This document shows positions 22,929 to 30,872 of a stretch of 32,000 nucleotides of DNA, piece by piece. Positions within the stretch are counted from its first letter, which is position 1, and the number at the start of each line of letters is the position of its first letter. The DNA is from Candidatus Saccharimonadota bacterium (lineage in GTDB: Bacteria > Patescibacteriota > Microgenomatia > UBA1406 > GWC2-37-13): contig CP065004.1 in the NCBI GenBank assembly GCA_016700135.1, positions 900,001-932,000 of the forward strand, read 5' to 3'. The notes beneath the pieces are model-generated. The model was not told where the DNA came from. It saw nothing but the letters and a program-made list of their open reading frames with translations, and made no database searches. The position numbers were made by a program, and so were the translations under genes.

Positions 22929-23873
22929 ATGAAATCGTATGAACTTGAGTATAATAGAGAAATGACCGCACCTCATAATGCCGATCGAGATCTCGGATCT
23001 CAACAACATCAGCTTGCTTCCATGCAATATGACCTCAGAATTACGAATCTTGCACGGTTTTTGTATTCGAAAATTAAAAGTACATTTGCTGTCATTCCCG
23101 ATACGCATAATGTCATCCCGAGCGAAGTCGAGGGATCCCTCCACGTTGGTCGGGATGACGATAAATGTCCTACTCTTCTTGATGTCGGTGCGGGGAACGG
23201 ATTATTTCTCAAATTTTTCAAGACAAAAGGATTTCAGGTCGCAGGATATGAACTTGAAAAGGAACTGGTCGCGAATATGAAAAAAGATCCTGTATTGAAA
23301 GGAGATATGATCGAACAAGGCGATATTACCAAGCTCAAAGGAAAAGAAGAGTATGATGTGGTGATCGCATCGGATGTCATCGAACACATCAAAGATGATG
23401 TTCGGGCAATCCAGGGTTTGTGGTCATTTGTCAAACCCGGCGGTATGCTTCTTATCACGGTACCGGGACATTCAGCGATTTACGGCAAACGGGATGAGAT
23501 GTGGGGTCATTTTCGAAGATATGATCAGAAGGTGCTATTGGAGAGGATTGATAAAGGAATCAGTTCATTTGTCATTCCCGACTCCGATCGGGAATCCAGG
23601 AATAATTCAGGAATGGATCCCCGGGTCAAGCCCGAGGATGACAGGAATTATGAAATTGCTTTTGCCACGCAATGGAATGTCGTCGGGTTCTTTGTCTATG
23701 CTTTTTATGAAAAAGTCCTGCATAAATCGATCAATGAAAAAATGCGCTATAGCAATTCAATTCCGAGTCGATTTGTACGCTTTGTGCTTGACTCAATTCT
23801 GAAATTTGAAGAAGCAATCGGAGGTGTTCCGTTAGGACTTACTCAGGTTGTCGGAGTCAGGAAGAAGAACTAA
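22929..23873 (+). CDS. class I SAM-dependent methyltransferase carrying two in-frame palindromic-element insertions
   Basis: Motif I LLDVGAGNGLF, VVIASDVIEHI and VKPGGMLLITVP. The peptide stretches VIPDTHNVIPSEVEGSLHVGRDD and VIPDSDRESRNNSGMDPRVKPEDD are encoded by the repeat elements. Confidence 0.75.
   Translation: MKSYELEYNREMTAPHNADRDLGSQQHQLASMQYDLRITNLARFLYSKIKSTFAVIPDTHNVIPSEVEGSLHVGRDDDKCPTLLDVGAGNGLFLKFFKTKGFQVAGYELEKELVANMKKDPVLKGDMIEQGDITKLKGKEEYDVVIASDVIEHIKDDVRAIQGLWSFVKPGGMLLITVPGHSAIYGKRDEMWGHFRRYDQKVLLERIDKGISSFVIPDSDRESRNNSGMDPRVKPEDDRNYEIAFATQWNVVGFFVYAFYEKVLHKSINEKMRYSNSIPSRFVRFVLDSILKFEEAIGGVPLGLTQVVGVRKKN
23091..23159 (+). repeat. GTCAT-type palindromic element, copy E, in-frame (69 bp = 23 codons) in the methyltransferase gene
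   Basis: GTCATTCCCGA...[GTCATCCCGAGCGAAGTCGAGGGATCC]...TCGGGATGAC. The outer inverted termini enclose a complete inner unit. It starts exactly at codon 55. Confidence 0.8.
23571..23642 (+). repeat. GTCAT-type palindromic element, copy F, in-frame (72 bp = 24 codons) in the methyltransferase gene
   Basis: GTCATTCCCGACTCCGATCGGGAATCC, a 17-nt spacer, then GGATCCCCGGGTCAAGCCCGAGGATGAC. The right unit is identical to copy A. It starts exactly at codon 215. Confidence 0.85.
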
Positions 23874-24641
23874 CTGCAAATATTTTGCATAAACCAGAAA
23901 ATCATACCATCCTCTCAAAAAACCGGCGATCACTCCCCTTGTACCGTCCTTGAAGCCTTTGTGCCATATCATCCATCTCAGGAAAATATATGGCGGCAGG
24001 AATATCATTTTCATAAGTGCCGTAAATCTTGAAACCTGAAGGTGCTTCGCCTCCATGCTGGTATAAATGTTGAATTTATGTATGGCATCTTTCAAAGTGG
24101 GATGGGAGTAATGTTCTAATGCGTGCTGCAGATAACCGATATTCCCGGTGATTTTAAACTGTTCATGGACTTCAACAATCGGATCGTATTTTGCAGCGTC
24201 TGTTCGAAATAAGCGTACCAGTCTATCATATGCCCAGTCCCCTCCGGTCAGGAATTCCCCCATAAAATACTGTTTTCTCGGCACACCGTAGGCGGTGGGA
24301 AGGTTGTTAGGTTGTAGGCTGTTGTCAGTAGTAAGAACCGTTTCAATTTCTTGCTGGAGTTCTGGCGTGACCGCTTCATCAGCATCTATTCGCAGAATCC
24401 AGTCAGTTGTTGCATTTTTTATTGCCCAGTTGATATTTTCCTGAACCGCTACAAAATCAGATTCAGCTTTCTTGTTGCGCTCAACTACCTCCGCGCCGAG
24501 AGATTCTGCAATTTTACCGGTTTTATCCTCCCCCATCCACAAAACCTGTACCTTATCACACCAGCTCAAGCTTTTGATACAGCGTTCAATATTTTTCTCT
24601 TCATTTTTCGCCGGAATTATCGCGGTAATCGTTTGTTTCAT
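23832..24641 (-). CDS. family 2 glycosyltransferase
   Basis: AIIPAKNEEKNIERCIKSL ... TDWILRIDADEAVTPEL is the classic GT2 N-terminal domain with a DxD-type motif. The 3' end overlaps the convergent methyltransferase gene by 42 nt. Confidence 0.8.
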   Translation of the reverse strand: MKQTITAIIPAKNEEKNIERCIKSLSWCDKVQVLWMGEDKTGKIAESLGAEVVERNKKAESDFVAVQENINWAIKNATTDWILRIDADEAVTPELQQEIETVLTTDNSLQPNNLPTAYGVPRKQYFMGEFLTGGDWAYDRLVRLFRTDAAKYDPIVEVHEQFKITGNIGYLQHALEHYSHPTLKDAIHKFNIYTSMEAKHLQVSRFTALMKMIFLPPYIFLRWMIWHKGFKDGTRGVIAGFLRGWYDFLVYAKYLQLVLLPDSDNLSKS

Positions 24642-24668
24642 ATTATAATTTTACTATAGGGATGCATC

Positions 24669-25877
24669 TCAGTACCACCAATCCAGAATCCACAGATTTT
24701 TAATCAATAGGACTGTGTATATAAAAAGATATCCATACATATATGGCGGTTTGATTTGATATTTTTGCCAGGCCCTCAAGAAGAAATAGCCCAAAGGAAC
24801 TGCCATACTCATGATAAAAGATCCTTTTACTGTTGAGTAGTAAGGCAAATGAATGTTGTAGGCTACATAACTTCCGAGGAGCATAATCGTATAAATCACA
24901 AGAATTCTGTCTTTTTCTTTAAATGCTTTCATAGTCAGTACAAATCCTACAAGGATATATACGAATATAGGAATAGAAAGCAATATGAGCAAGGCTCCGG
25001 CTTTTGAAAATTCCTGCACAGGGATTATGACATTGTGTGCGTCATAAAACCAGGAAAAATAGGTCCCCGAAAGAAATGAATAGTGATGGGATTGGAATAG
25101 ATCCAGTGTTAGAAAACCCTGAAGTGTTGTAAAAAAATGGAAGTTACGCTCAACAATTTGTTGTTTAAAAAAGAACAACTCAGGAAGTTTGTCAGGTGTG
25201 ATGAGGGGGTTCTGATATATCATGTAGTTTCGTATGTAATATCCTCCACCCAGACCGATGGTAGTAATCATGAGTACCGTAAGCGGAATCAGTTTTTTAT
25301 GCCATGTTTTATTAAGCAGCAACTGATCGATGCCTATTGCCGCAATAAGGACTAAGGAGGTTGCTTTTGAGGCCAGAGATGCAGCCAGTAGGATCCCTAA
25401 GATTATTGTTTGCTTATCGGTCAGTTTTCTGTGAAGAAGATAATAGACAAGGCTTATGGTTATTAGTGCTGTCGAAAAAAACTCGTTTCCAATAGAAAGT
25501 GACATGTACAGAAGTACAGGGAAGGTTGCGACTACAAGAACGCCAAGCAAAGTAGTTTCCAGCCCTTTGAAGTAATGTTTATAGAGCATGTATGCCGCCG
25601 TCAATATACTAAAGTAAGCCAAAATACCGAGGAATTTGACTAAAACAAGATTCGGCATGAGTGATGCCAGAAGATAGTAAAGAGGCGGTTGATAGAATTC
25701 CCAGTCCTCCGCTGCTGTGGGTATTGCGTGAATCCGTTGGACATAAGTGATATATGCCATATGTCCCGTCGCATCAAAACCTCTTTCCGGAGGGTGGTAA
25801 AAAACATTATGAAGCTGCATGATAAGAAGGCCTGTAAGAATGAGCCCTCCTATCAGGACATACTTATTTATTTTCAT
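24669..25877 (-). CDS. GT-C fold membrane glycosyltransferase (GT39/PMT_2-like)
   Basis: Polytopic. FDATGHMAYITYV...DWEFYQPPLYYLL is typical of ArnT/PMT_2-like proteins. Start trimmed to the ATG at 25877 (MKINKYVLIGG; an alternative ATG is at 25883), which overlaps the end of the upstream gene by 14 nt. Confidence 0.7.
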   Translation of the reverse strand: MKINKYVLIGGLILTGLLIMQLHNVFYHPPERGFDATGHMAYITYVQRIHAIPTAAEDWEFYQPPLYYLLASLMPNLVLVKFLGILAYFSILTAAYMLYKHYFKGLETTLLGVLVVATFPVLLYMSLSIGNEFFSTALITISLVYYLLHRKLTDKQTIILGILLAASLASKATSLVLIAAIGIDQLLLNKTWHKKLIPLTVLMITTIGLGGGYYIRNYMIYQNPLITPDKLPELFFFKQQIVERNFHFFTTLQGFLTLDLFQSHHYSFLSGTYFSWFYDAHNVIIPVQEFSKAGALLILLSIPIFVYILVGFVLTMKAFKEKDRILVIYTIMLLGSYVAYNIHLPYYSTVKGSFIMSMAVPLGYFFLRAWQKYQIKPPYMYGYLFIYTVLLIKNLWILDWWY

Positions 25878-27378
25878 AAACATACCCGTAGTACGCTCCT
25901 CTTTTAACTGAATATGTCGGTTTTTCCTCAGATTTGTATTGTATCGTGTCAGTGACAACGACACGATATACCGGTTTTTCCCCTGTTAATTCATCAGGAT
26001 AAATCCAGCCGAATGATTCATCGGCGAAGCTTCTCTCCGGAGTCTCACCGTATACTTTGAATAAAAATCTCCAGCCACCATAGGAGTGATATCTTCGCGG
26101 ATCTGTCCCATATGTCTCGAGCTCAAACGGCTTATCTCCGATATGCGGTATGATTTCCTTCACCAATTGCTTGCGGGTAAGAAGGCCGTACTGTTCCTGT
26201 TTCGAGGAATACATAAGCACCCCATTCGCGATGACAAAAACAGCCAGAATCGGTAAGTATAGTTTCGTCGGAAGCTTCGAAAGGACGATCCCGAATGCAA
26301 TACTCAGCATTACGTACCAGGCCAGTAGAAAATATTCGGCAGCATATCCTGAATAAAACGTAAAAACACCGGCATACGTTAGGATTCCTGACAAAAGAAC
26401 GATATGCTTACGATCTTTTTTCTGTATTGCAGTTCGGATAAAAAGCCCAAGAAGTATCAGAGATGCCAAAACCAGTATCCACGGAGGTTCGGAGATAGAA
26501 CAATGAGAACTCAGACAGTGTTCGTCCTGAATAGTCGTTCCCGGTTTCATAAACCAGATTTTGCCTAACGCGTTCAGCATGCTCTGAACATGCGCATTGA
26601 TTGTCGCCATCGTGGTCGCCTGTGCCCCGCTAGACTTGTCAAATAAATACTTGATAGGACCGAGCATATTGTCAAAGTTGTGGACGAAATCAAAGACAAG
26701 AAGCGGAAGAGTTATCGTATAAAAAATACCCGCCATACTTAGCCATTTTTTCAATTGAATCTTTTTCCTGTCAAAAAATAAAACGGCAGCAATAATCGGC
26801 ACAAACAGCATGAGCGATAGGTGCACATGGTAAAAAGCCGCATACAGTGCCATTGTCAGCAAATACCAACGGCTGTCCTTATGTCCTTTTATCAGACTGT
26901 AAATAAGCCAGATCGTGATGATCGGAATCGGAGTGGGATTCCAGAAACGGCGGTCAAAAAAGTTCAGAAATGCTGATGCACCGTAGATTGTCATAGAAAT
27001 CAATGCAGGTTTTTTCCCGAACAGATCTCTGACTGTGTAGTAAATACTCCCTGCTGTGACAAGACCGAGTATCGATGAAAACCAGGCCAGTATGACGGGA
27101 TCTCCGTTTGAGAGCTTGAAAAGAAATGCATTGAGATAGGTAAATCCCGGGCCGAGATAATACTCAATGTTTGAGGCACTGACACCAATCCAGATGGGAT
27201 GAAAGTCTTTTACCTGTTCCCATGCCATACTTGCCTGGTATTCTTCATCAAAGTTGAAACTGAAAAATTCGGGAACTTTCCAAAGACGAAGAAGTGCAAC
27301 GGCAACGAAAAAAAGAACAACCAGTTTGTTCTGTTTTATGAATTTCACCGCGGATTGAAGGATTTTATTCATTGACAT
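25864..27378 (-). CDS. GT-C fold membrane glycosyltransferase, tandem paralog 2
   Basis: FSFNFDEEYQASMAWEQVKDFHPIWIGVSAS...FDRRFWNPTPIP...GGWRFLFKVYGETPERSFADESFGWIYPDEL is clearly alignable by eye with the upstream gene. Start trimmed to the ATG at 27378 or 27372, overlapping the upstream stop (27365-27367). Confidence 0.7.
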   Translation of the reverse strand: MSMNKILQSAVKFIKQNKLVVLFFVAVALLRLWKVPEFFSFNFDEEYQASMAWEQVKDFHPIWIGVSASNIEYYLGPGFTYLNAFLFKLSNGDPVILAWFSSILGLVTAGSIYYTVRDLFGKKPALISMTIYGASAFLNFFDRRFWNPTPIPIITIWLIYSLIKGHKDSRWYLLTMALYAAFYHVHLSLMLFVPIIAAVLFFDRKKIQLKKWLSMAGIFYTITLPLLVFDFVHNFDNMLGPIKYLFDKSSGAQATTMATINAHVQSMLNALGKIWFMKPGTTIQDEHCLSSHCSISEPPWILVLASLILLGLFIRTAIQKKDRKHIVLLSGILTYAGVFTFYSGYAAEYFLLAWYVMLSIAFGIVLSKLPTKLYLPILAVFVIANGVLMYSSKQEQYGLLTRKQLVKEIIPHIGDKPFELETYGTDPRRYHSYGGWRFLFKVYGETPERSFADESFGWIYPDELTGEKPVYRVVVTDTIQYKSEEKPTYSVKRGAYYGYVYENK

Positions 27379-28786
27379 AGATTGACGCCGTATAATTTCC
27401 CGAGCGGATGACTTGTAATGCGTTCGGTCCGACAGGGTATTCCGATCGCTCGAATAGTACAACTGTATACTCTGCTTTATTCTGAGATAACTCATCAGGG
27501 TAAATCCACCCGAACATCTCATCGGCCCGGCTTGCTGCAGGAGTCTCTCCGTACATCTTGAAAAGGTATCTCCAGCCGCCGTGATAGAGATACTCCCCTT
27601 TCGTATCCAGGTAGAATGATTTGTCCTCCAGGTACGGGGAGACTTTCTGTACAAATTCTTTTTTTGCTTTCAATCCGAAGCTTTGAGGGTATTGGTAAAA
27701 AGAAGATACATTGAGATAACCATAGATTACCATTATCGGGACAAGGAAAATCCAGCGCAATCGTTCAAAAACAATCGCTATGAAAATCATCACAAACGGG
27801 ATGACACCGAGTAAATAATAATCAAGTATTTTGCCAGGGAATATCAAAAACAGCAGCAAATATATTGTTGTTAGGACAAAAAGTAACACATACTCATATT
27901 TGTTCCGTTGTCGATAGACAACAAATATTGCTGTAATTGACAGAAAAACAAGGATCAATAGAGAAAATAAATTTGTTTGCGTAGTCAGCGCTTGTGAGAG
28001 GGTATTACTGAGAAGGTCAAATTGTAGTCCTCCTTCCCCGCTCCCTCCTCTGGCAAGAAGTCTCAGCGGTGTTTTCAGATTTTCAAAATTCTTATTCAGA
28101 TCATAGACGATAAGCGGTGAATAGATAGTCAGGAAAGTTACGGCGGAGATAATCAGAGTACTGAGCTTGAGTTTGCTCTTGGCACTTTTTTTGTAGGCGA
28201 GTATCATGACCGGGACGATCAAAAAATACACAAACAGCGAAGCGTGAATATGTACAATGACACCAAGAAGAAATGCCACAGCAATCCACCATCGTTCATT
28301 TTTAAACGCTTTAAAAAGCGAGTAAAACATCAGTACCGATATAAGCGGTGCAAACGTGGGATTCCAGAATTTCCGGTCATAGATGTTCATAAAAGATGAA
28401 AGTCCATACAGTGTTATAGCAATAAGAGCCGGTTTCTCTCCGAAGACAGTTTTTGTCACAAAGTAGATTGCAACTGTTGTTAATACCCCAATAATTGCGG
28501 CTGCATATGCCAGAGAGATCGGATCACCGTGCGAAAAAAAAAGGAGTAATGCATGAAGATACACAAGACCGGGACCGACATAAAATCCGGTATCTGCAGC
28601 AGAAAGTCCGATCCATTTCAGGTGAAAATCTTTGACGATAGACCAACCTAAAAAAGATTGATACTCTTCATCGATCCCGAAAAAAAAGAGTTCGGGAACA
28701 AAAGATAATCGTAAGATTGCAATTCCTACAAATAAAATCAGAAATATTTTATGGGTTCTAATGAATGTGCGGATCTTTGCAATCAT
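27365..28786 (-). CDS. GT-C fold membrane glycosyltransferase, tandem paralog 1
   Basis: FFFGIDEEYQSFLGWSIVKDFHLKWIGLSAA...YDRKFWNPTFAP...GGWRYLFKMYGETPAASRADEMFGWIYPDEL. Start trimmed to the ATG at 28786 (MIAKIRTF), 1 nt after the upstream stop (TAA-T-ATG). Confidence 0.7.
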   Translation of the reverse strand: MIAKIRTFIRTHKIFLILFVGIAILRLSFVPELFFFGIDEEYQSFLGWSIVKDFHLKWIGLSAADTGFYVGPGLVYLHALLLFFSHGDPISLAYAAAIIGVLTTVAIYFVTKTVFGEKPALIAITLYGLSSFMNIYDRKFWNPTFAPLISVLMFYSLFKAFKNERWWIAVAFLLGVIVHIHASLFVYFLIVPVMILAYKKSAKSKLKLSTLIISAVTFLTIYSPLIVYDLNKNFENLKTPLRLLARGGSGEGGLQFDLLSNTLSQALTTQTNLFSLLILVFLSITAIFVVYRQRNKYEYVLLFVLTTIYLLLFLIFPGKILDYYLLGVIPFVMIFIAIVFERLRWIFLVPIMVIYGYLNVSSFYQYPQSFGLKAKKEFVQKVSPYLEDKSFYLDTKGEYLYHGGWRYLFKMYGETPAASRADEMFGWIYPDELSQNKAEYTVVLFERSEYPVGPNALQVIRSGNYTASIYVNE

Positions 28787-28787
28787 A

Positions 28788-29636
28788 TTACGAAAAGAAA
28801 TATGAAATGTATCCTTTATAAAGATCTTTGACTGCAAACGGCGCTTCATGAAGTACCGTCCGGGTCCGAAGAGCAAGTGTCAAAAGCGAGACCGGAAACA
28901 GGACATGCTTGGCGATATATAAACCGTAATTTCTGTAGATCATCCGCATTTTGTTCTTCATGTCAGTTCGTGTTCCTCCGCTTTTTGCTTTGTGGTGATA
29001 AGCCAGAGCTTCAGGTACGAAAGAGAGTTTCCCGTATTTTTTGGCCCGTTTTCCCAGATCTATTTCTTCAAAGATCTTCGGAAAGCGTTCATCAAATCCT
29101 TTCACTTTTTCCAGAATGTCGCTGCGGAACGACATATTGCATCCGTACGGAAAATCGATTTCCTGCTTTGTAGTGCTCCAGAATTGCTGTACAAATCGGG
29201 TTCCCAGCCAGTTCGTTGTTCCGGTCCTGACATCGGTATTTTCCGGTATTTGCTCATGATCATTGAGTACTCTTCCACAGGTGCCCACGACCTTCAGATC
29301 ACTATATTCTTTCATCTGTGCCGGTATCGTATCTTTGGTGATCTCGATATCATCATCAAAAAAGAAAATGACATCCCCCGAAGACTCTTTTATTCCTCTG
29401 TTTTTTGCAACTGACGTATTTTCGACCTGGAGATTGATGAGTTTGATATGCAATTTTTGTACCTCAGCTTCATCGATGTTTGCTCCACCCTGCTGATCTA
29501 CGATTGTGATTTCCGCATCAGGATGAAATTTCCTGATTGTTTTAGCCGCAGTAAGTGCCAGGTTCGGGCGGTTAAAGGTCGGTATCACAACGCTTATTTT
29601 TTCTTCGAAGTCAGGAGTTGTTTTTGCATCTGCCAT
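28788..29636 (-). CDS. family 2 glycosyltransferase
   Basis: ISVVIPTFNRPNLALTAAKTI ... DVIFFFDDDIEI ... YGCNMSFR are GT2 hallmarks. The single ATG at 29636 overlaps the upstream flippase gene by 43 nt. Confidence 0.8.
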   Translation of the reverse strand: MADAKTTPDFEEKISVVIPTFNRPNLALTAAKTIRKFHPDAEITIVDQQGGANIDEAEVQKLHIKLINLQVENTSVAKNRGIKESSGDVIFFFDDDIEITKDTIPAQMKEYSDLKVVGTCGRVLNDHEQIPENTDVRTGTTNWLGTRFVQQFWSTTKQEIDFPYGCNMSFRSDILEKVKGFDERFPKIFEEIDLGKRAKKYGKLSFVPEALAYHHKAKSGGTRTDMKNKMRMIYRNYGLYIAKHVLFPVSLLTLALRTRTVLHEAPFAVKDLYKGYISYFFS

Positions 29637-30871
29637 ATGAGTTCACTTCCTATTATGCCAATAAATAAAAGGACGATCAATCCGGATATGATAGCAAATT
29701 CCGGACCTGATGTTTTGAATAACAGTTGTGATGTTGTAATGGCCGCTATGAAAGCCAACGTACTGATAATGCCTACCTCCATATATTTTTTCAGCGCAAA
29801 AAGCGGCTGAAAAAATACGCCGCTCAACCCCCAACCGATACCCGGGATGATAAAGAGCGGAAGAAGTGATGAAGTGATTTTCACATCTTCTTCCGTGAAC
29901 TTTCCTCCTTCAAAAAGGATCTTGACGGCCAAAGGTCCGAGGATGATCAGTGAAGCGACGACAAGCACTGACAGGCCGATACTCAAAAGCTTTGCTCTGT
30001 TTACTGACTGAATGGCTTTTTCATATTTTTTCTCATTCAGGTATTCCACAAGATGAGGCAGTAGAAGCACTTGTATGCCGATGGTCATGACACTGGTTGC
30101 AAGCGAGAAGATTTTCGAAACGAGATTCAGATACACCATGTATCCTTCAGGCAGATATGAAGCATAGGAGCGGATAATGATTGTATCGCTTCGTATCATG
30201 AATTGACCGACTATAAGAGGAGCTAGAGAAATGAGGATCGGGGTAATATTATGGAACTCCAATTTCGGGAAAGTTTTAAATTTCGGTACGACAAAGAGGA
30301 TCTGGAAGACGATATTAAGCACAAATCCCATTACTAATGCCCAGATACCTGCCACATTGAAAAGGGTGACTATCAGAAGCAAGTTGGTGATGCTTCCGAC
30401 AAGCTGTGCCAGCGGGAAACGGAAAAAGTGTTTTTGTACGTAATAATACGCACCGAAAGTGGTTGCGATAAATGCAAATGGGATACTCCAGAACAAAACC
30501 CGCATCTGTCCGGCGACGTTTGAAGTAAACTCCTCAGTACTTCCCGGATACAGCAGTTTGCTGAGCGGACCGGAAAACAAGGTGATGACTCCTGCTGTTA
30601 TAACTGCGAAAATCCCGAGACTCAGCACCAGAGACGATACATATCTTTCATATGATTTTTGGTTTTTCTTCTCACCCAGAAGCGGAAGAAGCACGTTGTT
30701 CAGAGATCCGTAAATAACAGTCACAATAATCGAGGGAATTGCGACTGCGGCAAGAAAAATATCAACTTCCTGAGAAGCTCCGAAAATCCTTGTGATGACG
30801 ATCTGACTCACCAGCTGAATGAACAGTGAAATGACGAAAATCAGTGTGACAACAAAGCTTTTTTTCAGCAT
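29594..30871 (-). CDS. MOP-superfamily flippase with a MurJ/MviN-like N-terminus
   Basis: VITRIFGASQEVDIFLAAVAIPSII...LNNVLLPLL parallels the MurJ N-terminal consensus (RxFGAsxxtDAFxvAfxiPn...FvPvl). Polytopic. At 425 aa it is shorter than typical MurJ. Start trimmed to the ATG at 30871, 1 nt after the upstream stop. Confidence 0.6.
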   Translation of the reverse strand: MLKKSFVVTLIFVISLFIQLVSQIVITRIFGASQEVDIFLAAVAIPSIIVTVIYGSLNNVLLPLLGEKKNQKSYERYVSSLVLSLGIFAVITAGVITLFSGPLSKLLYPGSTEEFTSNVAGQMRVLFWSIPFAFIATTFGAYYYVQKHFFRFPLAQLVGSITNLLLIVTLFNVAGIWALVMGFVLNIVFQILFVVPKFKTFPKLEFHNITPILISLAPLIVGQFMIRSDTIIIRSYASYLPEGYMVYLNLVSKIFSLATSVMTIGIQVLLLPHLVEYLNEKKYEKAIQSVNRAKLLSIGLSVLVVASLIILGPLAVKILFEGGKFTEEDVKITSSLLPLFIIPGIGWGLSGVFFQPLFALKKYMEVGIISTLAFIAAITTSQLLFKTSGPEFAIISGLIVLLFIGIIGSELIWQMQKQLLTSKKK

Positions 30872-30872
30872 A

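Noticed and set aside
24642-24647. TATAAT hexamer (minus-strand sense) immediately upstream of the GT2 start codon at 24641, considered as a promoter.
   Set aside because: It abuts the ATG directly, with no room for a transcription start. The gene sits 27 nt downstream of the preceding operon gene, so read-through transcription is more likely.
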